This document shows, in pieces, positions 1 to 9,951 of a stretch of DNA of 64,000 nt (position 1 is its first letter; the number at the start of each line of letters is the position of its first letter). The translations under genes and the position numbers were made by a program. This DNA is from Candidatus Oxydemutatoraceae bacterium (GTDB lineage: Bacteria > Pseudomonadota > Gammaproteobacteria > Poriferisulfidales > Oxydemutatoraceae): NCBI GenBank assembly GCA_965218975.1, contig OZ244717.1:1792001-1856000 (forward strand). Direction: 5' to 3'. The notes under the pieces were generated by a model. It worked only from the letters and a program-made list of their open reading frames with translations, was not told where the DNA came from and ran no database searches.

Positions 1-726
1 AAGAATCAAAGTCGTCCAAAAAAGAATTAAGATAAAGTTTGAAACAGCGCTCTTAATCGGCATGGATAAAAAGAAAATGTTCAACTGCGGCGCAAACCTG
101 CCGATTAAACCTAAACCAAACTCGGTAAGAAACATAGTAAGAATAATCGGGCCGCCGATAATAACTGCCAATTTAGCCACTAAAATAAATTGTTTGAGAA
201 AAAAATCAATCAACTCCGCATTGATCGGCGGAAAAAAGGAAGTAACCGGCCAAATTTTATAGCTCGCATAAATACCGTCCAAAAAAACGAGAAAAATCCC
301 CGTCACGAAAAACAATGCCACTAGCGACTGAGTCATAAACAAACCCAACGGCGAAGACTGCTCGCCGATCAAAGGATCGAAAGAACTTGCCATCGTCGCG
401 CCTCGCTGGTTATCGATAAAGTATCCGACCGCTTGAATCGCCCAAAAAACAACGGTGACGAAATAGCCGATGATCATCCCGATAAACAATTCCTTGACGG
501 AGATTCCGATAATCATCACAGTGCCCAACTCCGCCGATTGAACGTTCTGTTCCAACAACGGATAAACAACCAACACAAGCGCGACCGCGATCCCGTTGCG
601 AGCGAGCACGCCACCCATCACTTGCGCCCCCATGAAAGACAACACAGACATTGCACCGATAATCCGCGGCAAACCTAATGCAAGGGTCAGCAAAATTTCT
701 TTGAAAAAGTCCAACAGATAATCCAT
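1..726 (-). CDS. sctT: Type III secretion export apparatus SctT (EscT/YscT), truncated by window edge
   Basis: Manual translation from ATG at 726: MDYLLDFFKEILLTLALGLPRIIGAMSVLSFMGAQVMGGVLARNGIAVAL..., with the IDNQRGATMASSFDPL motif; follows sctS. Confidence 0.9.
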   Translation of the reverse strand, partial: MDYLLDFFKEILLTLALGLPRIIGAMSVLSFMGAQVMGGVLARNGIAVALVLVVYPLLEQNVQSAELGTVMIIGISVKELFIGMIIGYFVTVVFWAIQAVGYFIDNQRGATMASSFDPLIGEQSSPLGLFMTQSLVALFFVTGIFLVFLDGIYASYKIWPVTSFFPPINAELIDFFLKQFILVAKLAVIIGGPIILTMFLTEFGLGLIGRFAPQLNIFFLSMPIKSAVSNFILILFWTTLIL

Positions 727-746
727 TTTAGCGTCACCCAAGCAAA

Positions 747-1031
747 TTAACGGAACCGAATATTCTCAATCTTGTCAAAAGAGATTGCCGCATAACTGAA
801 TAACTCCGCACCGAGCCAACCGGTCGTAACCAGCAAAATAACAATAATCGCGATCAACTTAAATACAAACGAAATCGTTTGTTCTTGTATCTGTGTCAGC
901 GCTTGAATCAAACTGATTAAAACCCCGACCACTGCCGCGACCAAAATCGGCGGCAAAGACAGAAATAAGACCAACATCAATGCTTCGGATGCATGATTAA
1001 TGATTTCCGCTTCCGACATCGCCGCAGTCAA
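747..1031 (-). CDS. sctS: T3SS export apparatus SctS (EscS/YscS)
   Basis: LSLPPILVAAVVGVLISLIQALTQIQEQTISFVFKL is the SctS/FliQ signature. Confidence 0.93.
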   Translation of the reverse strand: MTAAMSEAEIINHASEALMLVLFLSLPPILVAAVVGVLISLIQALTQIQEQTISFVFKLIAIIVILLVTTGWLGAELFSYAAISFDKIENIRFR

Positions 1032-1034
1032 TCG

Positions 1035-1685
1035 TTATTGATAAGACAAAATAAGACCATGAACCAATCGTGTCCAGCCGTCAAGAAATACAAACAGCAA
1101 TAGCTTGAACGGCAAAGATATCGTCATCGGCGATAACATCATCATCCCCATTGCCAACAAAATGTTCGACACGATCAAATCAATCACGATGAACGGCAAA
1201 TAAATCAGAAACCCGATTTCAAAAGCAACCGTCAGTTCTCCGACAATAAAAGACGGCAACAAAATCAGAATATTATTTTCTCGAATCTCCTGATGATATT
1301 CTTCGGCCCATAAATCTTTTGCGGTATCCATAAAAAACGCTCGTTCCGAGTCACTCGAATGCTTGTTCAAAAACTCGCGATAAGGCACCAGCCCGCGGGT
1401 GAATGCATTTTTCAAAGAGGCGCGGTCCTCGAGGGTGAAATCCTGACTCGTGATATTCTCATAGCTTTGCAATCCGACCGGCGCCATAATATAAAAGGTC
1501 AGAATCAGCGCCAGTCCGTGCAGCGCCATATTCGGCGGAATTTGTTGAATGCCCAATGCGTTTCTGACGAGGGAAAAAACAATAATCAATTTAACGAAAG
1601 AAGTCCCCATCACCACTAAAAACGGAAGCAAGCCCAAGGCGCCGAGGAAGAGAATCAGAGTAACCGGATCGGAAAGGCCTTCCAT
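1035..1685 (-). CDS. sctR: T3SS export apparatus SctR (EscR/YscR)
   Basis: RNALGIQQIPPNM and MGMMMLSPMTISLPFKLLLFV motifs. Confidence 0.95.
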   Translation of the reverse strand: MEGLSDPVTLILFLGALGLLPFLVVMGTSFVKLIIVFSLVRNALGIQQIPPNMALHGLALILTFYIMAPVGLQSYENITSQDFTLEDRASLKNAFTRGLVPYREFLNKHSSDSERAFFMDTAKDLWAEEYHQEIRENNILILLPSFIVGELTVAFEIGFLIYLPFIVIDLIVSNILLAMGMMMLSPMTISLPFKLLLFVFLDGWTRLVHGLILSYQ

Positions 1686-1775
1686 AATGAACCAGCTTAT
1701 TGAACTATTATCATGCGGCTAACCGCGAACGACCGGCACCTCGAGTGGAAGCGGACATTGCAGATGACTACTTGC

Positions 1776-2870
1776 CTACTTGCATTCAAGAACCCGCACT
1801 CCCGCACGATCATCCACTTCAACGAGCTCCCCGCTGGCAATTTCGGCCCCGTTCACACGAATTTCAATTTCCTTGCTTGCATCTTTCTTTAAATCAAATA
1901 CGTAACCCGGCCGGATTCGTTGCAACTCTTTCAATGTGATATTGAGGCGTCCGGCGACAAAGAGCACATCCATCGGCAAATCTGAAATATCCGGCGATGT
2001 TTGCATGCCGGTCCTAGGCGCAGTTGCTTCGGAGGTCTCTTCTGCGGTAACGGTGTTGCCGACGGCGCCGGAACTTTCCGCATCCGATACCTCACCGGCA
2101 TTCTCGGGAGTTTTAGATTCTTCTTCCATTATTTTTTCCAATTGGGTTTGAACAATTAAATCGTTGCCGCTAATTCGGGCTAGGCATGAAAAATGATTAC
2201 TTATACTAACACGCAATCGCCCGTCGGATAAGTAACTTGTGCTCAACAACACAATATCGCCAGACTGTAGAGACTGAATATCGGATACTGTCAATGAGGC
2301 GTGGCCAAGTTCCAGATTGACCGGCAAAGTCAGCCAAGCGTAATCCTTTGCGATCGGAGCTTGCCCGGCGTCGCCCAGCCAATCGGCAACCGGTGCGGGT
2401 AAAGGCCGATCAATGGTAACTAATATCGTCTGCGCGGAAGTGATTTGCGCCGATGTAATTTGAACGAATAAGCCATTTGCCGTTGCACCGTCCGACCACT
2501 CGAATCCTTCTAACGTCAATATCGCGCCCAATTGTTTTTTCAGCGTATTCGTCAAGGGAAATATCGTTGCCGACAACAAAGCAAATTGTAAATCTTCGGG
2601 CAAGGCCTTCAATGAGGACGACGGAACGATGTGCACCAACAAAGCGTCCAACGCAGAGTCACTCAAATAAACCGATAGCATACAGTCGCCGATACGGCAG
2701 CGTAAAATCATAGCAGCACGGTAGCCGCGATTATAAGCGGCGAGGCGAACGTGATATACCTGCCCATCTATCGCAAGCTGAACATTGCCGCCAGCCTTGC
2801 ACAAAAGCTGATTCGCCAAATTCGCTTCCGCATAAGAACAGCGATGATAAGTCAGCGGCTGCCAGTCCAT
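1776..2870 (-). CDS. sctQ: T3SS cytoplasmic ring protein SctQ
   Basis: Two SPOA domains, C-terminal IEIRVNGAEIASGELVEVDDRAGVRV; lies between sctP and sctR. Confidence 0.88.
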   Translation of the reverse strand: MDWQPLTYHRCSYAEANLANQLLCKAGGNVQLAIDGQVYHVRLAAYNRGYRAAMILRCRIGDCMLSVYLSDSALDALLVHIVPSSSLKALPEDLQFALLSATIFPLTNTLKKQLGAILTLEGFEWSDGATANGLFVQITSAQITSAQTILVTIDRPLPAPVADWLGDAGQAPIAKDYAWLTLPVNLELGHASLTVSDIQSLQSGDIVLLSTSYLSDGRLRVSISNHFSCLARISGNDLIVQTQLEKIMEEESKTPENAGEVSDAESSGAVGNTVTAEETSEATAPRTGMQTSPDISDLPMDVLFVAGRLNITLKELQRIRPGYVFDLKKDASKEIEIRVNGAEIASGELVEVDDRAGVRVLECK

Positions 2871-2914
2871 TTATTTGCGGATGTAACTTTATTCGAGTCA
2901 GCCGGGGCGAGTTT

Positions 2915-3715
2915 TCACCGCTGCTCGGAATCGTCATCTATCTCGACGTACCGCTGACGCGACCGGCCTTCATTATGCTCACCTTCGGCGCCGCGCCCCC
3001 CCTGCATCTCAACGCTAATCAGGACCCGCTCATCTTTCAGACGGTCACTCAAAGCTTGTTCAATCTGTCCCTTATGTTGCGCAATAAAAGCTTCCGCATC
3101 TTTGGTATTGGCCATGAACATCACTTTCAATTCTCCGCCCTCGCGAAAAACCCGCACGCTGCTTCCATCCAAAAAGGACGATTTCAGCCGGATACGTACC
3201 TCCGGATTCGTTTTGGAATCGGGTGAAGTCACTAGTACCCGTTCAGCAATCTGCTGTACGATTTTACCGACGTCGTGTGTCATCGGATGCGTATCCTGCA
3301 CCGCTTGCGATGCTGCACTCGTCTCAGTCATCAAGGGCGAGGCTGCCGGCGCGATATAAGCCGATTCGGATGCGGTCGCCGCGGCTGAATCGCGCCGACG
3401 AGATTCTTTATGCTCGCCGATATGCTCGCCGATGTCGCTACCCGCGGCGGATTCTGCCGCGGCATGGCGGTCGGTATTGCGTACCGGCGCAGTCTGAAAG
3501 TCTCGGTCCAGACGCTTCTGCACGCTATTTAAGCAGTGGTTAATATGCCGCTGGGTTTTCTTAGTCAGTGCTCGCTCTTTTTGCGCAGGCTTTTTCAACA
3601 AAGAAGAAAACTGTCGTTTAGCCGTTTGCAGAGAAGCATTCGCATCAACTTTCGACGCGGCGGAATCTTTCTGTTCTTGGCGAACATGACTTGAATGTTG
3701 AGTGATTTTTTCCAT
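2915..3715 (-). CDS. sctP: T3SS needle-length ruler SctP
   Basis: Low-complexity N-terminus, FliK-like C-domain (EVRIRLKSSFLDGSSVRVFREGGELKV) and GRSRQRY tail; position after sctO. Confidence 0.8.
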   Translation of the reverse strand: MEKITQHSSHVRQEQKDSAASKVDANASLQTAKRQFSSLLKKPAQKERALTKKTQRHINHCLNSVQKRLDRDFQTAPVRNTDRHAAAESAAGSDIGEHIGEHKESRRRDSAAATASESAYIAPAASPLMTETSAASQAVQDTHPMTHDVGKIVQQIAERVLVTSPDSKTNPEVRIRLKSSFLDGSSVRVFREGGELKVMFMANTKDAEAFIAQHKGQIEQALSDRLKDERVLISVEMQGGRGAEGEHNEGRSRQRYVEIDDDSEQR

Positions 3716-3750
3716 TATGCCCTCTCCGACAGATTCACCGATTAAAATAG

Positions 3751-4209
3751 TTATAATTTCCTTGACGCAAAATCCTCAAGTTCAATCTCCTCTTTACGCT
3801 CCGTCTCGCGTTTCTCTTCATCAACGATGATTTGATTATACTCCTCATATTTCGTCATTTCCTTATAGGTTTCCAACCGCCGCCGTTGCGCTTCCTCCAA
3901 TGCCGATTGAGCCGCCGCCACATCTTTCTCCGCCTGCAAATAGGCCTCATGCAATTGAAGCTCTTTTTGCCGAAGCAAACCAATCTGTTCGCGCAATTCC
4001 TCGAGCGTTTTCAGTGCAACGTTTTTACCGTATATTTCATCGTATAACCGATCTTCTTCACTCAGCCTCCACACTTTATATTCGTCTTCTTCGCGGCATT
4101 TTTTATCGCGCGTTACAATCTGTCGTTCAAGAAACGCTTGTGCTTTTGCCAACGCGGCAATGGCATCCTCCTCGCGCAAACGCTTTATTTTCAGCAAGTC
4201 GTTGAGCAT
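3751..4209 (-). CDS. sctO: T3SS stalk protein SctO
   Basis: Coiled coil starting LLKIKRLRE and ending EEIELEDF; directly after the ATPase. Confidence 0.85.
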   Translation of the reverse strand: MLNDLLKIKRLREEDAIAALAKAQAFLERQIVTRDKKCREEDEYKVWRLSEEDRLYDEIYGKNVALKTLEELREQIGLLRQKELQLHEAYLQAEKDVAAAQSALEEAQRRRLETYKEMTKYEEYNQIIVDEEKRETERKEEIELEDFASRKL

Positions 4210-4214
4210 ACGAT

Positions 4215-5540
4215 CTATCGGTCGACCACCGCCTGCATTTGTCGCAGCGTATCTTCAAACGCCGTCGCTTCATACAGACCTTGCTTCAGAAACTCATTGA
4301 TTTTACCGATCTTCGCAATCGCTTCGTCCGCCAATATATCCGACCCTTCCTTATACTCGCCGATTTTAATCAATAATTCGATCTCCTGATATTTTGCGAG
4401 CAACTCGCGAATTTTACCGGCGATGCGCTTGTGCTCATCGTTCACGATATTATTCATCACGCGGCTAACGCTTGCCAAGACATCCACCGCCGGATAATGA
4501 TTGGCTTGCGCCAGCCGCCGCGACAAAATAATGTGCCCGTCCAGAATAGAGCGGGTTTCATCCGCAATCGGTTCGGTCATATCATCCCCTTCGACCAGTA
4601 CTGTATAAAGTGCAGTGATGGAACCTTTGTCGGACTGTCCGGCACGCTCCATCAACCGCGGCAGGGCGGCAAACACCGACGGAGGGAATCCGCGTCGAGT
4701 CGGCGGTTCTCCGGCGGCAAGGCCAATTTCACGCTGCGCTCTGGCGAAACGTGTAACCGAGTCCATCAATAATAGCACTTTCTTACCTTGATCCCTGAAG
4801 TACTCGGCGATAGTAGTCGCGACATAAGCGGCTTTCATACGCTCCATCGCCGGACGATCGGAGGTTGCCACAACAATAACCGACTGCTTGAGTCCTTCCG
4901 CGCCGATGTCATGTTCAATAAATTCTCGCACCTCGCGGCCGCGCTCACCGATCAACGCCAATATCGTCACATCGGCGGCGGCGTTGCGAATGAGCATGGA
5001 AAGCAAAGTACTTTTGCCGCCGCCCGCGGCAGCGAAGATTCCCATACGCTGACCTTCGCCGCAGGTAAGCAAACCGTCAAAAACGCGTAAACCCAACGGC
5101 AAAGGCTGTTCAATCACTTGACGTTGCATCGGATTCGGAGGATCGGCATACACCGGATAAGCCGCGGCGTTATCCAAAACTCCGCCGTCAAAAGGATAAC
5201 CCAACCCATCCAACACCTTCCCTAAGATATCCGGCCCGACCGGAACTTCATGCGATCGGCCGGTGGGAATCACTTCAGTGGTATCGGATACACCGATCAT
5301 ATTGCCCATCGGAGTCAGCAATGTCAGTTTTTTTTCAAACCCGATCACTTCCGCCATCATTTTCCGTTTTTCGCCGAGATTCCGTAAATAGCATAATTCA
5401 CCGACTTTGACGCCCGGCACCGCGGCGCGGATTAACGCACCGGTCACTTCATGCACCTGTCCGCGCATTTCAAACAAGTCAATATTCCTGACCGTATTTT
5501 CAAGCGTCTGCGTAATGTAATCAAAGCCGGCACGCATCAT
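4215..5540 (-). CDS. sctN: T3SS ATPase SctN
   Basis: Walker [42 protein letters not shown]. Confidence 0.97.
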   Translation of the reverse strand: MMRAGFDYITQTLENTVRNIDLFEMRGQVHEVTGALIRAAVPGVKVGELCYLRNLGEKRKMMAEVIGFEKKLTLLTPMGNMIGVSDTTEVIPTGRSHEVPVGPDILGKVLDGLGYPFDGGVLDNAAAYPVYADPPNPMQRQVIEQPLPLGLRVFDGLLTCGEGQRMGIFAAAGGGKSTLLSMLIRNAAADVTILALIGERGREVREFIEHDIGAEGLKQSVIVVATSDRPAMERMKAAYVATTIAEYFRDQGKKVLLLMDSVTRFARAQREIGLAAGEPPTRRGFPPSVFAALPRLMERAGQSDKGSITALYTVLVEGDDMTEPIADETRSILDGHIILSRRLAQANHYPAVDVLASVSRVMNNIVNDEHKRIAGKIRELLAKYQEIELLIKIGEYKEGSDILADEAIAKIGKINEFLKQGLYEATAFEDTLRQMQAVVDR

Positions 5541-5553
5541 TAAAATATCGCAG

Positions 5554-5982
5554 TCAAGGTTTTAAGATCGTTTGGCTCGCCGACAAAGGCGATTGCGGCG
5601 TTCGCGACAAGAAATGACGGTATTCTTCAAACGCATTGACATATCGCTCAAGCGCCTCTTCAAATTCATAAATATTTAAATCATTCAACTCAAATCGAGT
5701 ATGCAACAGCACACGATGATCCGCGTCCAATGCGGGCGTCACGGCGCTGTGCTTCATGCGCATGAACGCATAGTTTAATAACCGCCGCAACCAACCGAGC
5801 GCTTGTTCTTTATCCAAAGTATCCAGCACGGAAGTGAAGTACACCGAATCAAATTTTTCAAAACACCGTACTTCGATATGATCATCGAATGTTATCGTAT
5901 AAACTCCTTCCTCGTCGGCGGTTAAATTTTCAATATGATGCCGTTTGGAAAACTCGCCAATCAACACTTTCAATTTTACCAT
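5554..5982 (-). CDS. Probable class I (CesT/SycE-like) type III secretion chaperone
   Basis: 142 aa, [12 protein letters not shown] motif, C-terminal amphipathic helix [13 protein letters not shown]; inside the T3SS operon. Confidence 0.65.
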   Translation of the reverse strand: MVKLKVLIGEFSKRHHIENLTADEEGVYTITFDDHIEVRCFEKFDSVYFTSVLDTLDKEQALGWLRRLLNYAFMRMKHSAVTPALDADHRVLLHTRFELNDLNIYEFEEALERYVNAFEEYRHFLSRTPQSPLSASQTILKP

Positions 5983-5997
5983 GTCACGCCGTCCGCA

Positions 5998-6603
5998 TTA
6001 TCCCGTTGGTCCGGTAAAATTTTCCGCCAAAGCCTTCTTCAAGGTTTCAATCTGAGAATTGACGCTCGTATCAATCGATCCCAACGGGGTCTCCAAACGG
6101 CAGGCGCCGGCGTCAATCGCTTGATCCGCAACCACGTCCACAAATTCAATATTGGGATAAGCCGCAGTGATCGCTTCAATCTGCCGCTTCATTGTCGGCG
6201 CTTGGTCAGGAGATACCCGCAACGTAACGCGGCTTTCATTGCGCACTTGGTGCAACGCATTCTTCACCATTCGAACCGCCGCATCGGTCTCTTCCCAATC
6301 ACCGATAATTCTTTCCACCGATTCAACGACAATTTTCGTCAATCGTTGCTCGACTTGCGACAAATATTCGATGGACGCCGATGCCATATCAAGCATTTGC
6401 TTGCCGGTCAATTGCCGTGCCTGTGCTTTAGCCGCTCGATACGCCGCATCTTTTTCTTGCCTATAAAGCGCTTTCGCTTGCTGTTTAATCTCAGCGATCA
6501 TCTGCTTGCCTTCAACCATACGCTGATAATCCTCCGCTTTAATAATCTTACTCAAAGGCGAGATAGAGATTTGCTCAAGTTTTCTTATCGCCCAACGCGC
6601 CAT
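5998..6603 (-). CDS. sctL: T3SS stator SctL
   Basis: KIIKAEDY N-terminal motif, VTLRVSPDQ and ACRLETPLGSIDTS C-terminal motif. Confidence 0.9.
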   Translation of the reverse strand: MARWAIRKLEQISISPLSKIIKAEDYQRMVEGKQMIAEIKQQAKALYRQEKDAAYRAAKAQARQLTGKQMLDMASASIEYLSQVEQRLTKIVVESVERIIGDWEETDAAVRMVKNALHQVRNESRVTLRVSPDQAPTMKRQIEAITAAYPNIEFVDVVADQAIDAGACRLETPLGSIDTSVNSQIETLKKALAENFTGPTG

Positions 6604-6605
6604 AG

Positions 6606-7268
6606 CTAATCAATCTCTTTTGTCAGCCTCAACAACAAGCGCGTATGAGCATCGCAATCGGAATCCGCCGCCTGCCAGTAATCCTCAACCATCGTCTTGG
6701 GCAATTTCGACTGTAAACGACCGACAAATGCCGGAGAAAACTTGCGCATAACCGTTGCCAGATTATTCACGCCCAACCGATAACAATCTTCATTCAAGCG
6801 ATCGAAGCGCTCACCCTTATCAAACGGTGCCGTTGATTCGAATCGCGCTTCCTTTAGCAAAAAGGCGCCTCGTTTAATCGCGAAAAAATAATCCTCTTCG
6901 CTGACGGAACTTTTAATCGCCTGTCGATCACTGCCGCGGATGACGTGCGCGATTCGCTGCGATTGCAACGTTAAACCGGCTAAATAAACCAGACGTTTTA
7001 GCCGCTTACCCGGCAACAATGCGATTTGTTTTTCATCCGCGGAAAAATCAAAATCAAACTGATCGGCCAACCCCCTCTTGCGTAAAAAGAACCGCGATAG
7101 ATGGAATTGAGCGCAGGCGGGGAATTGCTTGGGATTCAATAGCGTTCCTGCCAGCCACTCGCTCCGCCACCAACTGTCATCAATATCTTGCGTCGGAAGA
7201 AAATTAAACTGTAGCAGCTCACGGAACCTTTCCAGCGGCAAAACATTCAGTTCACAAACCGAAGTCAT
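6606..7268 (-). CDS. sctK: T3SS sorting-platform protein SctK
   Basis: QFNFLP...IDDSW N-terminus, RLQSKLPK; lies between sctJ and sctL. Confidence 0.75.
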   Translation of the reverse strand: MTSVCELNVLPLERFRELLQFNFLPTQDIDDSWWRSEWLAGTLLNPKQFPACAQFHLSRFFLRKRGLADQFDFDFSADEKQIALLPGKRLKRLVYLAGLTLQSQRIAHVIRGSDRQAIKSSVSEEDYFFAIKRGAFLLKEARFESTAPFDKGERFDRLNEDCYRLGVNNLATVMRKFSPAFVGRLQSKLPKTMVEDYWQAADSDCDAHTRLLLRLTKEID

Positions 7269-7271
7269 GTT

Positions 7272-8123
7272 TTAATTGTTTGCGGCGGAACGATTGTCCG
7301 GCGACGAAGACAAACGCCTTTTACGCATCAAAAAATAAATATTGGCCGTCAGCGAAAGCGCAATGAGAGATGCCAAGCTTGCCAAAAGTAAGTAGAAACG
7401 CTGTACTGACTGCGGCGCCACTTCAATGAACAAAATTGGTTGGGGATGATGCGACCGGTCAAGCAGTACCGTATCTTCTTGCTGTGCTGGAAACAGCGCG
7501 ACGTTTACGGCATTGTAAGATAAACCGGCAATCCCGCTGGAAACAATCGATTTGACTTGCGGAATATAGGCATCAAAATCGTAGTTCGGATTATGCTTGA
7601 TAAAAACTGCGGCGGACGCCTTAACCGTATTTCCGGAACGTTTCTCCTCCGGCAACACCACATGCACCCGCGCCGTCATCACACCGTCCACTTGTGATAA
7701 TGTCTCGGCAATCTCCTGCGACAACCCATAAATATAACGCGTGCGGTCCTCGAACGGAGTGGATATCAGCTTATCCTTATCGAAAACATCTCCGATCGTT
7801 AAAAATTTTTTTCCGGGATAGCCGTTCTTACGCAATAGATCAACTGCCGCGGATATTTGGCTTCGCTCTACATGCAAACTCACCCTATTATCTTTCTCAG
7901 TCTGCTTCTCGCTGCTGATATGATGGCCAAGCAACAAAGCAAGCATTTCGTTACCTTCTTGCTCCTCCAACTGCGAGTAAAGCTCCACTTTGCAACCGCT
8001 CAACAAACACAACAGCAAAACGGCACATGCGGCAATCTTCGGCAAACGAAGTGAATTGTCGGACGATACGAAAACGCATCCGAACACAAACAGCCGCGCT
8101 TTGACAGTAGAAAAAAACCGCAA
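7272..8123 (-). CDS. sctJ: T3SS inner-membrane ring lipoprotein SctJ (true start uncertain)
   Basis: Lipobox LLSGC-KVELYSQL, ETLSQVDGVMTARVHVVLP, C-terminal TM; start placed at in-frame TTG 8123 because the longer ORF overlaps sctI. Confidence 0.92.
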   Translation of the reverse strand: MRFFSTVKARLFVFGCVFVSSDNSLRLPKIAACAVLLLCLLSGCKVELYSQLEEQEGNEMLALLLGHHISSEKQTEKDNRVSLHVERSQISAAVDLLRKNGYPGKKFLTIGDVFDKDKLISTPFEDRTRYIYGLSQEIAETLSQVDGVMTARVHVVLPEEKRSGNTVKASAAVFIKHNPNYDFDAYIPQVKSIVSSGIAGLSYNAVNVALFPAQQEDTVLLDRSHHPQPILFIEVAPQSVQRFYLLLASLASLIALSLTANIYFLMRKRRLSSSPDNRSAANN

Positions 8124-8124
8124 A

Positions 8125-8556
8125 CTATGACTTAAGCAGCGTGTCGGCACTCTGTGAATATTTGTTGACCGCATCGGTTGCCGTGCCGGCGGTAGCGGTA
8201 ATTTTTGCCGCTTCGATCTGGCTGCGCAATACATTGCCCGCTTCACCTCCTTCCACACCGGCTTTTGCAATCACTTGATCAATCCTGTGCGCTTGCTTGC
8301 TCATGGATGCCAAATGATTCAGAATCCGATCACCCGGCGAAAGAGCCTGAGATTCGTCAAGCGGCGGAACTTTTGCGGTAGTATTTTGCTGTTGCGCGGA
8401 AATATCCGCCCCATTGTTTTCAACGGCGGACATTATTTCCTGAAATTTTGTCGCTGGTTGCGTGTTTGCTTCGTTTGACTCGGGAATTTTTTCCGCAAAC
8501 TTCGATTGCAATTTTTCAATCAGCTTCTGCTGAACTTGGCTAAAATCAATCGGCAT
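8125..8556 (-). CDS. sctI: T3SS inner rod protein SctI
   Basis: SPGDRILNHL and C-terminal VNKYSQSADTLLKS; immediately upstream of sctJ. Confidence 0.8.
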   Translation of the reverse strand: MPIDFSQVQQKLIEKLQSKFAEKIPESNEANTQPATKFQEIMSAVENNGADISAQQQNTTAKVPPLDESQALSPGDRILNHLASMSKQAHRIDQVIAKAGVEGGEAGNVLRSQIEAAKITATAGTATDAVNKYSQSADTLLKS

Positions 8557-8615
8557 ATTATCGCGCAGGATATGCTTGCATCATAAGCTCGGAATGATTT
8601 ACGAACAAATACCGG

Positions 8616-9005
8616 CTAGCGTGCGGCGATTTCATTATCTAATGCAGATTGAGCCAAGCGTGAGGCTTCAGCGTCACCGCCATCGGCAACCACCGCCCGC
8701 ATTACCTTCTCGCTTTCGCCGATACGCTTCGCCATAATCAGGAAAAGCCCCATAAAGGCACGTGCCATCAGGTCGCCGGATTCCGCGGATATCCCCTCCT
8801 TTGACATGAATTGACATGCCGCTTCAGGGTTATCGTCACAATTCGCATAAACCATCGCTGTCCCAATGATCCAAGCGGGGTTCTCGGGAGCCGTCGACTT
8901 GACGCCGTGAAAAATGCCCAAAGCAAAATCGCGCATCGCCGACCAACGACATGCGACAAACCCCAGTGCCGCCGACTGACGCAGTATTTCTTTAGAAATT
9001 TCCAT
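8616..9005 (-). CDS. Probable needle co-chaperone (EscG/YscG/SsaH-like TPR protein)
   Basis: 129-aa helical TPR-like pattern; directly downstream of the needle gene. Confidence 0.6.
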   Translation of the reverse strand: MEISKEILRQSAALGFVACRWSAMRDFALGIFHGVKSTAPENPAWIIGTAMVYANCDDNPEAACQFMSKEGISAESGDLMARAFMGLFLIMAKRIGESEKVMRAVVADGGDAEASRLAQSALDNEIAAR

Positions 9006-9035
9006 GTCGATAGAAAATTAAATGCGTGCGCGATG

Positions 9036-9260
9036 CTACATTCGTTGAAGAATTTGGCCGATCGAATCTTTAATGTCTTTGACCAAACTGCTCATAAAAC
9101 CCACTTCCATATTATAACGTGAATATTCCATCTGCATTTTAACCATGCTCACGGGGTCGCTCACATCAACATCACCCAGCATTTTAGTCAGCTTATCCTC
9201 TTCCTGACCAATCTGCGACGTTACGGAATTGCCCACGCTATCAAGATCGATACCACTCAT
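9036..9260 (-). CDS. sctF: T3SS needle subunit SctF
   Basis: 74 aa from ATG 9260 (RBS AGAGGAG); helix-turn DPVSMVKMQ and C-terminal SSLVKDIKDSIGQILQRM. Confidence 0.85.
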   Translation of the reverse strand: MSGIDLDSVGNSVTSQIGQEEDKLTKMLGDVDVSDPVSMVKMQMEYSRYNMEVGFMSSLVKDIKDSIGQILQRM

Positions 9261-9318
9261 GACTAAACTCCTCTTCGGCTTGAAGTGCAACAAAATAGTA
9301 TAAGTACTTTAAGCACAG

Positions 9319-9348
9319 GTTATACCATCAACCGCCGCGAATTGTCAA
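9319..9348 (-). promoter_or_regulatory. Putative sigma70 promoter of the sctF operon
   Basis: Minus strand TTGACA-N18-TATAAC with TG extension, about 60 nt upstream of the sctF ATG; the -10 lacks the last T. Confidence 0.5.
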
Positions 9349-9353
9349 ATTCA

Positions 9354-9790
9354 TGTATAGGTCCATAACATTTGGCACTCCGGGTGTGTACGATGCCACC
9401 CTAAATGGGATTCTTGAAGGGCTTCGAGGGAAGCGTTCGGCAGTAACATTCGGATCGGTGCTTTCTGTCCGTTGCCGGCATGAGGGCGGCGCAGGGTGAG
9501 ACGCGCCCGGAAAACCGATCGGTTTTCAGCGGCGAACGACCCGACAAGGACATAGGGGCTGGCGCTCATTGACAGAACCAAGTCTCGTCACGGACGACAG
9601 ACACTTTGCTGATAACACACCAACAAACACAAAACGGTTTCATAACCGGTCATTGAATGTTTCCGTATCGGCGAATAGCAGGTCTTCCGCATGATCGATA
9701 CAATCTTCTTGGACGGTGCGGTTGAAGCACTCGATGTGCGCGTTCATTTTTGGACATTTGGGATAAATCAACCCATATTCGACGACAAGC
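9354..9790 (-). mobile_element. Decayed IS481-family remnant(s): integrase-core fragment plus two stacked 3' ends
   Basis: YPKCPKMNAHIECFNRTVQED...LLFAD (9640-9790); RPHAGNGQKAP...ESHLGWHRT then HPECQMLWTYT, each ending in ACA on the minus strand (plus-strand TGT at 9387 and 9354). Confidence 0.7.
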
Positions 9791-9951
9791 TTTGCTGTTT
9801 TGCGATTACGGATGTACGGGCTTGCGGCGACCAGACAAAATGACACGCGCGCCAACCGAAAACAAACATAAAAAGGCAAAATCGATATTCCGCGTTAAAA
9901 TGCCGACTCAATCGAATGCTCCTAACAACGAATTGACCGAAACCGATCATA

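Noticed and set aside
2430-2465. QITSA-QITSA duplication in sctQ
   Set aside because: Diverged at DNA level; an ordinary old micro-duplication with no evident consequence
1-9260. Flagellar export genes
   Set aside because: Needle, inner rod, SctJ lipoprotein and SctK are present and no flagellar structural genes are; this is an injectisome
9351-9581. 76-aa ORF (and 48946-49188) as independent genes
   Set aside because: They are translations of IS481 transposase tail debris
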